The position numbers and the translations under genes are program-made. The notes beneath the pieces were generated by a model. That model was not told where the DNA came from and ran no database searches. It saw nothing but the letters and a program-made list of their open reading frames with translations. DNA of 64,000 nt from Trueperaceae bacterium (lineage in GTDB: Bacteria > Deinococcota > Deinococci > Deinococcales > Trueperaceae): positions 576,001 through 640,000 of the forward strand of contig JAXHLW010000013.1 in the NCBI GenBank assembly GCA_034521815.1, read 5' to 3'. How positions within the stretch are numbered: position 1 is the first letter of the stretch; the number at the start of each line of letters is the position of its first letter. Of the stretch, positions 1-12,400 are shown one piece after another.

Positions 1-811
1 GCTTGCCGTCCATGTCGTCGCGCGTGAACGGCTCCGGCAGCTCCGGATCGGTCGCCGGGTTCCACACGTTCCGGTCGATCCCGTTGAGGATGCCCACCAG
101 CTTGTGCGACACGTGGCGAAGGGTGCCGTCGAGGCCGTAGCCGTACTCGGGGCGCTGCACCTCTTCGGCGTAGCTCGGGGAGACGGTGGTCACTTTCGAG
201 GCGAAGTCCAGCGCGGCCTGCATGGCGTTGGCGCTGCCGAAGTGGTTCATGCCGCTCTGGCCGGCCGTGAGGGGCAGACGAAGCCAGTGCAACGCGTCGG
301 GAATCGGCGACACGCCCTGGTACTGCACGTTGTGGATCGTGAACACCGTCGGCAGCCCGGGCCAGCCGGCCGGCAGGTGCCAGCCGTGCGTCAGCACCAG
401 CGGCAGGTAGCCGGTGTGCCAGTCGTGCGCGTGCACCACGTCGGGTCGGAACCCCACGCGCTGGGCCACGGCGGGGACGGAGCGGGTGAAGCGCGCGAAA
501 CGGCGTACGTCGTCGGGATAGCCGTACGGCTGCGGGCGCCGGTAGTCGTCGTGCCCCACGAAGACGTAGCGGACGTCTCCCGCCTCGAGCGTGCCGACGC
601 CGACCGGCTCGAATCCGCCGGCGAACGGAACGTCCACGTCGCCGATCCAGAGCGGGCCTGGGTCGGCCCGCAGACCGTCGTACCAGGGCGTGACGACCAG
701 AACCTCGTGCCCCAGGTCGGCCAGCGCGCCGGGAAGGGCGCCGGCGACGTCGGCCAAGCCGCCCGTCTTGCTGTACGGAAACACTTCGCTGCTCGCGAAC
801 AAGATGCGCAT
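1..811 (-). CDS. glgA: Glycogen synthase (5' part; runs off the left edge)
   Basis: Manual minus-strand translation from ATG at 811: MRILFASSEVFPYSKTGGLADVAGALP (KTGGL ADP-glucose motif), later HAHDWHTG and VFTIHNVQYQG. Not in the ORF track because there is no stop in the window. Confidence 0.95.
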   Translation of the reverse strand, partial: MRILFASSEVFPYSKTGGLADVAGALPGALADLGHEVLVVTPWYDGLRADPGPLWIGDVDVPFAGGFEPVGVGTLEAGDVRYVFVGHDDYRRPQPYGYPDDVRRFARFTRSVPAVAQRVGFRPDVVHAHDWHTGYLPLVLTHGWHLPAGWPGLPTVFTIHNVQYQGVSPIPDALHWLRLPLTAGQSGMNHFGSANAMQAALDFASKVTTVSPSYAEEVQRPEYGYGLDGTLRHVSHKLVGILNGIDRNVWNPATDPELPEPFTRDDMDGK

Positions 812-906
812 CGTCGGCAGTGTACACGTGCTCTGGTCGGCACGCTTACCGTTCTCATGGCCCAGGAAGGCTACGCTTCGTCTCATGGCGAACCCCCGGA
901 GAACGC

Positions 907-2253
907 ATGAATCGTAGGTTCCTCGCGATCGGCCTGACCACGGTGCTGCTGGGCACCTTGGCGTGGGCCCAGTTCGGCCGTGACTTCGGCAACGAGCTGC
1001 TCGAGGATCCCACTGGACAGGCCCTGGTCCAGACGTACGGCGCCCTCAAGTCCAACTACCTGGAGGACGTCGATGACGAGGTGATCCTCCGAGGGGCGAT
1101 CAAGGGGATGCTCGAAGCGCTCGACGACCCGTTCTCGTACTACCTCGAGCCCCGCTCGGCGGCGCGCGAGGCGCAGGACCGCACCGGCTCGTTCGAGGGG
1201 ATCGGCGCGGTGCTGACCCCGCTGAACCGTCAGACCGGCGAAGGGGTCGAGATCCTCCAGGTGTACGCCGGCGGGCCCGCGGCGAAGGCCGGGGTGGAAC
1301 GCGGCGACATCTTCCTCGAGGTGGACGGCGTCGAGGTGCGCAACGCCACCACGGGCGACGTCGTGGACCTCGTCCGTGGTCCGCGCGGCACGGTGGTCGA
1401 GCTGCTGATGCGGCGTCCCGGCCTCGACGAGCCGGTCACGTTCGCGATCGAGCGCTCGACGATCGAGATCGTGGACGTGTCCAGCACGCTGCTCGACGAT
1501 GGCGTCGGCTACCTCACGATCCGCCAGTTCGGCAGCCAACGCGTGCACGAGCAGCTCGTCGAGGAGCTCGCCGAGCTTCGCGAGCGGGGCGCCACCTCGC
1601 TGGTGCTGGACCTCCGCGACAACCCGGGGGGACTGCTCACCCAAGGCATCCTGGTCGCGGACGAGTTCCTGTCGGGCGGCGACATCGTGTTCCAACGCGC
1701 GCGCGGCGTGACGCAGCGCATCGCCAGCGCCGACCCCGCGGCGAACGAGCTGCCGATGGTGGTCCTCGTGAACAACAACTCGGCGTCCGCGTCGGAGATC
1801 GTGGCCGGAGCGCTGCAGCAGAACGGCCGCGCGCTGGTCGTGGGCGAGGACACCTACGGCAAGGGCGTCGCTCAGAGCGTGATCTCGCTGTCCGACGGCG
1901 GCCAGCTGGCGTTCACCTCGTTCGAGTGGCTCACCCCCGAGCGCGAGACGATCGCGCAGCAGGGCATCACCCCCGACGTGTACGCCGACGACGCTCGGCA
2001 CCCGAACACGATCGCGATCGAGGGTCGCGGAGCGGATCCGGGCCAGTCGCTCCAGATCGTCGTCGACGGCGAGGTGCTGGGGACCGCCACGGCGGGCAGT
2101 GATGGCACGTTCGACTTCGTCACCACCGGACCCCGGCCCGAGATCAGCCCGGTGCAGGGCGAGGCGATCGTGAACCTGGACGCCGACCCCGCGCTCAGGA
2201 CCGCGGTGGAGACGCTCCTGAACCAGGTCGTGGCGGGCGCCGCGGCCGACTGA
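907..2253 (+). CDS. ctpA: S41 family carboxy-terminal processing protease with PDZ domain
   Basis: Signal peptide MNRRFLAIGLTTVLL; GSFEGIGA, DLRDNPGGLL, SASASEIVAGALQ and TYGKG motifs. Confidence 0.93.
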   Translation: MNRRFLAIGLTTVLLGTLAWAQFGRDFGNELLEDPTGQALVQTYGALKSNYLEDVDDEVILRGAIKGMLEALDDPFSYYLEPRSAAREAQDRTGSFEGIGAVLTPLNRQTGEGVEILQVYAGGPAAKAGVERGDIFLEVDGVEVRNATTGDVVDLVRGPRGTVVELLMRRPGLDEPVTFAIERSTIEIVDVSSTLLDDGVGYLTIRQFGSQRVHEQLVEELAELRERGATSLVLDLRDNPGGLLTQGILVADEFLSGGDIVFQRARGVTQRIASADPAANELPMVVLVNNNSASASEIVAGALQQNGRALVVGEDTYGKGVAQSVISLSDGGQLAFTSFEWLTPERETIAQQGITPDVYADDARHPNTIAIEGRGADPGQSLQIVVDGEVLGTATAGSDGTFDFVTTGPRPEISPVQGEAIVNLDADPALRTAVETLLNQVVAGAAAD

Positions 2254-2309
2254 TCCCGGCGCGGCGGGCCACGGCGAGATCGTCGTGATCGAGACGTGAT
2301 CGAATCCGT

Positions 2310-3100
2310 GTGATCGAGATCCGCGGCCTCGTGAAGCGCTACGGACGCCTGACGGCCGTGGACGGCGTCGACTTAGGCGCCCGGCCCGGCGAGGTCCTGG
2401 CGCTGCTGGGCCCCAACGGCGCGGGCAAGTCCACGACCATCAAGATCGTCACGGGGCTGATCCGCCCGACCGCCGGCCACGTTCGCGTGGCCGGCTTCGA
2501 CGTGGCGCGCGATCCGGTCGCCGCGAAGGCGCAGCTGGGCTACGTTCCCGACCGGCCGTACCTGTACCCCAAGCTGACCGGCCGGGAGCTGTTGCGCTTC
2601 CTGGGCCGGCTCCGCAAGGTGCCGGCCGCCGAGGCGCGGGCCGAGGCGTGGCTGACGCGCTTCGGGCTGCTGGAGGTGCAGAACGAGCGGATCGAGGCGT
2701 ACTCGCACGGCATGCGCCAGAAACTCACCTTCTGCGCTGCGTTGCTGCACGACCCGGCGGTGCTGGTGATCGACGAGCCGATGGTGGGTCTCGATCCGCG
2801 TGCCGCACGCGAGGTGCGGCGGCTGATGCGCGAGCGGGCCGAGGCCGGCCGCACCGTGCTGCTCACCACCCACCAGATCGACGTGGCCCAGGAGACCGCC
2901 GACCGCGTGGTCCTGCTGGACCGGGGCCGTGTCGCGGCGCAAGGGACGCTCGCGGAGCTGCGCCAGCGGGTGGGACGCGCCGACGCCCGCCTCGAGTCGA
3001 TCTTCCTCACGCTCACCGAGGAGCAGGCGGCGACGCAGGGGCAGGCCGAGGAGCTGGCCGATGGACCTGCCCGAGGACCGCCGTCCGTGCAGCGCCGTGA
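2310..3100 (+). CDS. ABC transporter ATP-binding protein (end approximate; reads through into the permease region, probably via an indel)
   Basis: Walker A GPNGAGKST, signature YSHGMRQK, Walker B LVIDEP; ABC similarity ends near LESIFLTLTEE. Confidence 0.88.
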
Positions 3101-4748
3101 CGCTGCTCCTGATGCGCCTGACGGCGCTGCGCAACGCCGTGGCGCACCAGCCGCTTCGCCACCTGATCGCCGCCGCCATGGTCAGTGCGGCCGGCTGGGG
3201 CGTCCTGGTCGCCACGCGCCGTGCCGTGCGCTTCGTGGACGGGTTTCCCGCCATCGGCACGATCGCCGACGCCGTGCTGCAGCGAAGCCTGGAGGGCCTG
3301 TTCGCGGTGCTGATGCTGGGCGTGGCGTTCAGCGTGCTGACCGGCGCCATCGCCACGCTGTACGCCTCGCAGGACCTGCCGCTGCTGCTGGGCCTGCCGC
3401 TGGCGCCGGAGCGGGTGTTCGCGCTCAAGACGGCCGAGCTGTTCGCGCAGGGGGCGTTGGTGCCCGCGCTGCTGACCGCGCCGGCGCTGATCGGCCTGGG
3501 CGTGGAGCGAGGCGCGCCGGCGATGTTCTACCCCTCGGCGGCGCTGGCGCTGATCGCGCTGTACGCGCTGCCGGTCGCGCTGGGCGCCGCGTTGGCGCTG
3601 GGGCTGATGCGCGTCGCGCCCGCGGGCCGGGTGCAGGAGCTGGCCACGGCGGCGAACGTGGTGCTGGCGGCGGGGCTGGTGGTGGGCCTGCGCGCGCTGC
3701 GGCCGGAGCGGCTCAGCGCCGCCACGCCGGAGGAGTTCGAGGCGTTCCTGGTCGGGTTCGCGCGACTGGAGGTGGGCTGGGCGCCGCCGGCCTGGGCGTC
3801 GCAGGCCACCTGGGCGGCGCTGGACGGTCGGCTGTCGCTGGGCCTGGTGGTCCTCGCGGCGACGGCGCTGGCCTCGCTGGCCCTGGTGTCCCGGATGGCG
3901 GCGTGGGCGTACCGCGTCGGCTGGATCCGGGCGCTGGACACGGTGCATGCGCGCCGCGACCCGGCGTCCCGGCCCGCGGCGGCGTGGGAGCGGCCGCTGG
4001 CGCGGCTGGGGCCGGTGGGCGCGGTGTGGATCAAGGACCTGCGGAGCGTCGCGCGCGATCCGACGCAGTGGTCGCAGCTGCTGGTGCTGGTGGCGCTGGC
4101 CGCGGTGTACCTGCTGAGCACCGGCTCGCTGGAGGTCGAGGGGCAGCGCTTCCGGGACGCGCTGGGCACGCTGAACCTCGCGTTCCTGGCGTTCCTGATG
4201 ATCGGGATCGGGGTTCGGATGGCGTTCCCGCTGATCTCGCTCGAGGGCGAGGGCTGGTGGATGGTTCGGACCGGGCCGCTGCCGGTCCGGCAGCTGGTCG
4301 CGGCCAAGCTGGCCCAGGCCGCTGCCGCCGATGCTGGCGCTGGGCGGTGGGGATCGGCGCCGGCGCGGCGGCGTCGATGGACCTGTCGCCCGCCCTGGCG
4401 GCCGCGTCGCCGTGGGCCGGGGCGGCAGCGGCGCTGGTCGCCAGCGGTCTGGGCGTCGGGCTGGGCGCCGCCTGGCCCCGCTTCGACGCCGCCAGCGCGA
4501 ACGAGGTGCCGCTCTCGCCGGGAGGGCTGGCGTACATGGGGGCCGGGCTGGCGTGGGCGCTCGGTCAGACGGCGATCCTGGCGTGGCCGGCCTGGCAGGT
4601 GCTAAGGAGCGCGGGCGGCGGAGCGGTATGGGCCACGCCCGGCGGGCGCGTGGCGATCGTCCTGGCGCTGGCCTGGACGGCGCTGTTCACGATCGTGCCG
4701 CTGCTGCTGGGCACGGCCAGGCTGGCGCGCTGGGAGCCGGGCGACTGA
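3061..4748 (+). CDS. Putative ABC exporter permease (frameshift near 4310-4340)
   Basis: Multi-TM ORF with IKDLRSVARDPTQWSQLL and FPLISLEGEGWW; C-terminal TM part (GLGAAWPRFD...WEPGD) lies in another frame. Confidence 0.8.
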
Positions 4749-4793
4749 GCCGCGCGCTCGCGTCACGCTCCAGCGCGTCGACGCCCGGTCGCT

Positions 4794-6360
4794 TCAGGCC
4801 CCCGGCAGGGCCTGCCGCCAAGCGTCGGGCGCGTCTTGAGCGACATCCGCGAAGTTGTCGCGGAAGCGCCGTGCCAGGTCGGCGGCCTGCGCGTCGTACG
4901 CCGCCGGATCGTCCCAGGTGTCGCGCGGTCGCAGCAGCGCGTCGTCGAACGCCCGGCACGCTGCGCGGCACCTGCAGGCCGAACGCGGGGTCAGGGTCCA
5001 GGGGCACCTCCTCCAGCGCGCCCGACAGGATCGCGCGCACCATCGCCCGGGTCGAGGGAAGCGGAATCCGGTGGCCCACACCGGCCCGCCCGCCGGTCCA
5101 GCCGGTGTTCAGCAGCCACACCTCGGTCGCGTGGCGCTCCAGGCGCTCGCCCAGCAGGCGGGCGTACAGCGTGGCCGGCCGGGGCAGGAACGGCGCCCCG
5201 AAACAGGCGCTGAACGTCGCCGCCGGCTGGGTCACGCCGCGCTCGGTGCCCGCCACCTTCGCGGTGTAGCCCGACAGGAAGTGCGCCATCGCCTGGTCGC
5301 GCGTGAGCTTCGCGACGGGCGGCAACACGCCGAACGCGTCGGCGGTCAGGAACACGATCCGGTCGGGATGGCCCGCCATGCCGGTGGTGGACGAGCCGGC
5401 CACGAACGAAAGCGGGTACGCCGCGCGCGTGTTCTCGGTCCGTTCGGCGTCCGCGAAGTCGATCCGGCCACCCGCCAGCGTGGCGACGTTCTCGAGCACG
5501 GTGCCGAAGCGGGTGCTGGCGCCGTGGATCTCGGGCTCGTGCTCGTGAGAGAGGTGGATCACCTTGGCGTAGCAGCCGCCCTCCAGGTTCGAGATGCCGG
5601 CGTCCGACCAGGCGTGCTCGTCGTCGCCGATCAGGGTGCGGTCCGGATCGGCGGAGAGGGTCGTCTTGCCGGTGCCGGAGAGGCCGAAGAACAGCGCGAC
5701 GCGACCGTCGCGCGAGGCGTTGGCCGAGCAGTGCATCGGGAGCGTGCCGCGGTCGGGTAGGCCGTGGTTGAGCGCCGAGAAGATGCTCTTCTTGATCTCG
5801 CCGCCGTAGCCGGTCCCGGCGATCAGCACCAGCCGCCGCTTCAGGTCCAGCGCCACCGCGACCGGGCCGCGCGTGCCGTGCACCGCCGGGTCGGCGTGGA
5901 ACGACGGCAGGTCCAGCACCGTCCAGCCGCCCGGTCCGCCGCGCCGGTCGCGCAGGAACAGGTTGTACGCGAACAGCGCGTGCCAGGCCCGCTCGCAGGC
6001 GACGGTGACGGGCGTGCGCAGCGCGGGGTCGGCGCCGGCGGCCAGCGTCTGGAGGTGCACCGTGCGGCCGTCCAGCCAGGCGTTCATGTCGACGCGCAGA
6101 CGCTCGAACGCGTCCGGTGACATCGGCCGGTTCACGTCGCCCCAGTCCACGGTGTCCTCGGCCAGGTCGTCTCGGACCAGGTAGCGATCATCGGGCGATC
6201 GACCGGTCGCGCTGCCGGTATGCACCACCAGCGGCCCGCCCTCCGCCAGGTGGCCCTCGCCGGCGCGGAGCGCGTGCTCGACGAGGTCCGGTGGCGCCAG
6301 GTTCCGGTGGACCGTGGCGTGGGCCAGGCCCGGCAGCGAAGGGGGGAACGAGTCGGTCAT
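4794..6360 (-). CDS. pckA: Phosphoenolpyruvate carboxykinase (ATP); frameshift near 4950
   Basis: TGRSP, YGGEIKKSIF, FFGLSGTGKTTLSADP, LIGDDEHAW, EGGCYAK; C-terminus LLRPRDTWDDPAAYDAQAADLARRF in the 4794..5081 frame. Confidence 0.95.
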
Positions 6361-6486
6361 GGCGCATCTCCCGGGTGATCAGAGGGTGAGGGAGCGGATG
6401 GTGCGAAGGCGACACCGTGTTGTAGCAGGGCGCGGCGGGCGATCGGTGTCCGTCTGCAGCGAGGCGGGTACAACTAGCTCGGCGGC

Positions 6487-9400
6487 TCACCAACGCAGCG
6501 TGATGCCGAAGCGCGCCTCGCTTTCGGGCGTCGACAGGGACGCCCCGCCCTCGATCGCCAGGAACGGCGTGAGCTGGTACCGCAGGCCGGCGGTCAGCTC
6601 GGGCGTCGGCTGGACGGCGGCGACGTCGGCGAAGTCCAGGCGGGTGGCCAGGTCGAACGCGACCGGTCCCAGCTCGTAGGTGAGCGCCAGCGTGTTGCTG
6701 AGCGCATCGTCGCCGTTCGCGTCCGCGAAGCGGCCCACCTCGTAGCTCGCGAACAGACCCTCGCCGACGTAGCCGCCCAGCCGCAGCGACACGCCGAACG
6801 GATCGTCGTCGCCCGCCAGGACGCTGCTGAGGGTGCTGGTGCGGATCTCGACCACGTCGAGGCCCAGCGCCTCGGAGAGGGCGGACTGGAGCTCCGCCAG
6901 GATCAGCAGGTCCACGGCGCTGTCCAGTGCCGAGCGTGCGACGCCGCCGGCCACGCCACCGCCCGCCAGCTCGCCCGACAGGTCCAGCCGCCCCAGCGCG
7001 ACCAGCGAGAGCAGCTCCGCCTCGCTCAACGACCGTGCGCCGGCGCTCAGCCCTTCGCCCGCGGGAATCGACACGACCGCGTTCGACGTCAGGACCGGGT
7101 CCAGATCCAGTCGGAACGGGCGCGGCTCGCCGGGCGTGGGGAGCACCTCCGCCTCGAACGTCAGTCGGACCTCGAACGTCGCGCCGGTCGGCTGCTCGAA
7201 CGTCACGCCGCGCGCGGCGCTGGCCAGCACGTCGCGCTTGTCGAACGTGGCGACCGCCTCGACCTCCAGCACCGGGTACGCGCCCCTCGACGGCTCGAAG
7301 CGGGCGACGGCGCGATCGATGGTGAAGTCGCGTCCCGAGAAGCGGAACGTGCCACGCTGCGCGGTCGCTGCACCCGACAGGCGTGGAGCGGCCGCGGAGC
7401 CGGCCAGGCTCAGGTCGGCGTCGAACAGCGCGCTCCCGAAGTTCTCCGAGAACGACAGCCGACGTCCGACCAAGGCGAGGTCGTCGAACACGAACCGCGA
7501 CAGCGCGGAGCGCCGGCCGGTACCGTCCTCCGGCGCTGGTCCCGCCGGTGGGCGGATTCCGAGCACGAACCGGCCGTCGCGTACCTCGACCCGGCCGGAC
7601 AGGTGGAACAGCTCGTCGTAGCGGAGGCGCAGGTCGACGTCGCTGGTGCTGTCGTCCAGCAGCAGCGACGGGGCCCGCAGGGAGAGCGTCTGGCCGCTGG
7701 CGCGCAGGTCCAGCGGCCAGAGGGTGCCCTCGACCCGCAGCGGAGCGCCGATCCGGCCGGTGACGTCCAGGTACGGTCGTCCCTCCGCGTTGGCCCGCAC
7801 GACGCCGGTCAGGTCGGTCACCTCGCCGATGAGGGGCACGTTGAGGTCGCCGTCCACGCTCAGGCCGGCGTCCTCGAGCCGCCACGGATCCAGCCGCAGG
7901 CGGCCGTCGCCCGCCACGCGCAGCTGTCCACCGACCGGCTGGACGCCGGAGATCAGGGCGTTCACGCTCAGGTCGGCACCGTCGAGCGCGACGTCGGTAT
8001 CGGTCAGCCGGTAGCGCGCCCCGGCCAGGGCCAGCTCCAGATCCTGCGTCCGGGCGGTGATGCGCGGCGACGCGATGGTCCCCTGCGCGTCGACCGTCAG
8101 GTCGCCCAACGCCTCGACGTTCAGTCGCGCCAGCGAGGGGACGAGTCCCAGCAGCGGGGTGGCGTCGGCCTGGTCGGCGCGCAGCTCGAAGTCCAGCTCG
8201 TCTTGGGCGATCGTGCCGTGCGCCTCCCAGCGGCCGTCGCCCTCGAACGCCGCGTTCACGGTCAGCCGGCCCGCCTGCACGTCCGCCGCGAACGTGCCCG
8301 TCGTGACGATTCCGGAGCGCTCCAATCGGACCCGCTCGGTCGCGATCCGGACCGAGCCGCTGCCCGGCGCGCGCCACGGAATCTCGAGCCGAAGCACGCC
8401 CGTCGCCTCGGCCTCGACGTCCAGCGGGCCGACGCGGGCCTCGATCGGAGCCTGGATCGGGAAGCGCTCCAGCGTCCACAGCAGCTGCAGGCGTTCCAGA
8501 TCGGCCGTTCCCTGGATCGGACTGCCGGCCCAGGCGCCGCTGAAGCCGACGCCGGTTCCGCCCGCTCCGAGGTCGCCCGCCCCTTCGATCCGCAGCGGCA
8601 CGGCGCGACCGCCGGCTCGCAGGTCCGGCACCGTCAGCTGCGCCAGCACCCGGCTGCCGCGCAGCTCGATCACGGCCGCGATCCCGCCCGTCGCGCGGGG
8701 CGCAAGCCTGGAGACGCCGGGCAGGGAAGACACGTCCAGCTCCGAGATCCGGATCGACGCCTCGGTGCCTGACGCGGCCGCGCGGCTCGCGTCGCCCGGG
8801 TCGGTCGCCCTGTAGGCGGCCGGCAGGAGGTCCGACAGCCCGATCCGGCCGTCCAGCGTGGCGCGTCCCGCGCCGTCCAGCTCCAGGCGCCCCTCGACGG
8901 CCATCCCGGTCGCGACCAGATCGCCGCTCAGGGCGGCCACCAGGCCGCCGGGCAGGCGCAGCGCCAGGTCGCGCAGGTCCGCGGTTCCGGTCAGGCCGAC
9001 GTCGGGCGCCAGGGTCAGGTCGGCGGTCGCTCCGCCCCCCGACAGCGTCAGGCCCACCGTCCGATCGTCGCCGCTCCACGTCGCCTGGACGGCCAGCGGG
9101 TCGGGCGCGTCCGACGCGTCGTCGATCCGGAGCGTGGCGTCGTCCAGGCCGCCCTGCAGCGACAGCGTGAGGCCCTCCCCGGTCAGCGATCGGCCCAGCG
9201 ACCCGGCGATGAGCTCGGCAGGAAGCCCAGACGTCGAGGCGGGCCGGAACCGTCCGGTCAGGTCCGCGACGCCGTCGCGGACGGTGCCGTTCAGGACCAG
9301 ATCGCCGGCCGGCGCGCGGTACGTCACGTCGTTCACGTTCGCGTTCGACACCGGACTCCACGCCACCGTTCCCGCCAGCCGGCCCTCGCCTTCGGCGGTC

Positions 9401-12400
9401 AGGCCGTCGCGTCGAATCGTCGCGAGGGCCTCCAGGGGCGCAGCGGCGGGGAGCGCAGCGACCAGGGCATCGTCGCTGGTGGCGCCCGGAAGCGCCGTGG
9501 GGACCAGGCGCAGGTGCGGAACGCCGCCGCGACCCTCGAGCTGCACCGTCACGCCCGGGACGTCCAGGGTCGTGGCCCCCGTCAGCCTCCACGGCTGGTC
9601 ACCGTTCCACGACGGTGCCGTCAGGTGGGCCGTCGCCACGTCGTTCGTCGCGAGCTCGCCCGCCTCGGCGTCGCCCACCTCGGCGTCGCCCACCTCGGCG
9701 TCGCCCGCGATGCGGAGGTCCAGGCTGGGCCACGCCTGTCCCGAAATCGCGACCGTTCCGGCGCCCGGCAGCCCGGCGTCCAGCTCCACGGTGAGGGTCG
9801 GCCCCGTCGTCGGCGTATCGGCGATCGCCGCGCTGCCGGCGACGTTCACGGGACCGTCCAGCTGGACGTCCAGCGCCGTGTCCGGCAAAGCTCCCTCGCC
9901 GCGTACCTCGCCGCTGACCGAGAGGACGCCGGCAGGGGTGGGCAGCGACCGCACGTCGACCTGCCCGCTCCACGCGCCCTGGTCGCGCCGCACGTCGACG
10001 TCGACGGTCGCGTCTCGAACCGTGCCCGTCGCCGTCAGGTGCAGGGCGTCCGAGCGCAGCGACGCCGACCCCAGGACCGTGCCGCCGTCCGGTCCGGCGA
10101 GCTCCAGCTCGGCGGTGCCCTGTGCGCCTGGACCCTGTACGCCGGTGCCCGACGCGGTCAGGGCCAGCCGTCCCGCGCTGGGCAGCTCCAGGTCGCGTAC
10201 CGCCACGGTCCACTCCTGGTCGAGCAGGTCCAGGCGAGCTTCGACGGCGCTCCCGGCGCCGTCCGCTGCGGGCGCGGTGTCCGTGTCGACCGAGAGCACG
10301 CTGCCGTCCGCCGACACCGTGAGGTCCGGCAACGGCACGCCGGCGACGGCGCCTCCGACCACGCTGCCGTCCAGCCAGCGGTCCGCGTCGAGGCTCAGCG
10401 CCAGCCGCGCCTCGCCCGCCAAGGCGCCGCTCAGCGTCGAGAGCGGCCAGCGGACCAGGACGCCGGCGCTGTCGCCGCTCGCGCCGCTCTCCGCGCCTGC
10501 GTATCGGCAGCACCCGTATCGGCACCGATGCCGTCCCCGCGAACGGTCGCAGGACCAGCTCGACGCCGGTCAGCTGGTCCTGGCCGTTCAGCACCACGTC
10601 GGTTCCGTCGGAAGAGGCGGTCAGGGCGCCGCCGGGCGCGACGATTCCGCCCGACGCGACCAACGTTCCGCGCGATCCGGCGATGCGAAGGTCGCTGCTC
10701 CATACCCCCTGCGACGTCCGGACCGATAGGTCGCTGTCCAGGTCCAGGCGCTGGTCGTCGGGTCGCCAGCCCAGCTGCAGGGTGCCCTCGACCGGGCCGC
10801 CCAGACGCAGGTCGGCGCGGATGTCGGGGACGGGGAGCGTGCCGTCCAGCGCCACGGCTCCGTCGACGGTGAGGTCGCCGATCCGCAGCTGGTCGGCACG
10901 CAGCGCGCCCGTCAGCTGGGCCCGGAGCGGCGGTACGCCGGGCGCCGCCCGGACGCTCAACGGACCGGTGATGCGACCCGAGGCACCGGCGCCGAGCGCC
11001 TCGCCCAGGTCGGCGTCGACCTCGGCGGTGACCGTCCAGCCGTCGGCCAGCTCGGCGCTGCCGGTGATCTCTCCGCCGCTGGCGCGGAGGGTCCATGCGC
11101 TCACGCGCCCTCTCGGTCGCGCTCCCCATTCCGCTTCCAGGGTCGCTCGGGTGTCCAGGCGCGGATCTTGAACGGCAGGAATCCACGCGCCGAGGTCCAG
11201 ATTCTCGGTGGTCGCCTGGGCCCGCCACCCGGCGGCGTCGACCGTCGCGTCCAGGTCCAGCTCGGGTCCGCTCAGGGTCAGGCGCCCCCCGCCGAGGCCG
11301 GCGCCCAGCGTGCCGGTGGCCTCGGTCGCGCCGCCGAGCGTGACGACGCCGTCCAGACGAGGCTCGACCAGCGACCCGGCGAGCTCGAACGTGGCGTCCA
11401 GCGTGGCCAGCGACTCGGACGGCTGGCCGGTGGGGGCAGGTCGGTGGGGCAGGGTCGGTGGGTGCAGGGTCGGTGGACGCCGCGGCGGGCGATCGGGTGA
11501 CGACTCGGAGCTGACCCGAGCCGTCGAGGACCGTGTTCCACGGCGGTCCGACCAGGCGCGCATCCACGTCCAGGTCAGCGGTGGCGGCGCCGGCCCCGAC
11601 CTCTCCATCGAGGGCCAGAGCCAGCGCTTCGCCACGTCCGTCCAGCGTGGCCGTCACGGTCGGAGGCGCGCCTGCGGTCTCGAGCTCGCCGGCTGCGGCC
11701 CAGCTCGCGACGGCGGCGCCCGACCAGCCTTCGGTCCGGTTCCAGGCGAGTCCTCCCGCGTCGGGCACGATCCGTACGCCGGCCAGCTCGCGCCCCTCCC
11801 CGCGTAGCTCCAGCCGCACGAGGTCGACGCCGTTCAGGTCCACGCCGTTCAGCTCCGCGCCCAGGGCCAGACCTGGCGTGGTGGCGCGGACCGCGAGCGC
11901 GTCCCATGCGCCGGACGCGCTCAGCGCCACCGGGCCGGTCGCGCCTGTGAGGGACGCCGAGCCGGTCACCGCTCCACGAAGCTCGACGTTCGGCCAGATC
12001 CGTCCGCTCAGGTCGGCGCGTAGATCCGTGGGCTCCAGCACCACCAGGTCGGCGTGCTCCACGGTCGCTTCACCGTCCTCGAAGGCGCCACGGGCGCTGA
12101 ACGTCCCTGCCGCCGGGAGCGCCGCCCGCGCGGGTACGGCCACGTCCAGGGTGGCGCTCCAGCGGTCGTCCTGGGGCCGTAGCCCCAGGCTGGCCTGCGC
12201 GCCCGACCAGCTCGCGACGCCCAGCAGGGCGCCACGGGCCTCGCGCGCGACCCGCAGCTCCAACGGCGCGTCGGCCAGGGTGCCTTCGAGCTCGACGGAC
12301 GTGACGTCGGTGGCCACTCGGCCGCTGAGCGCGTACGCGTCGCCCGCCGCCTGCACCGTCCAGGCGTCGGCTCCGGGCGCCAGCTCGGCCGTGATCTCCT

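Noticed and set aside
2310-4748. 812-aa ABC ATPase-permease fusion
   Set aside because: The middle is out-of-frame R/G/A-rich text; the permease is encoded in a different frame.
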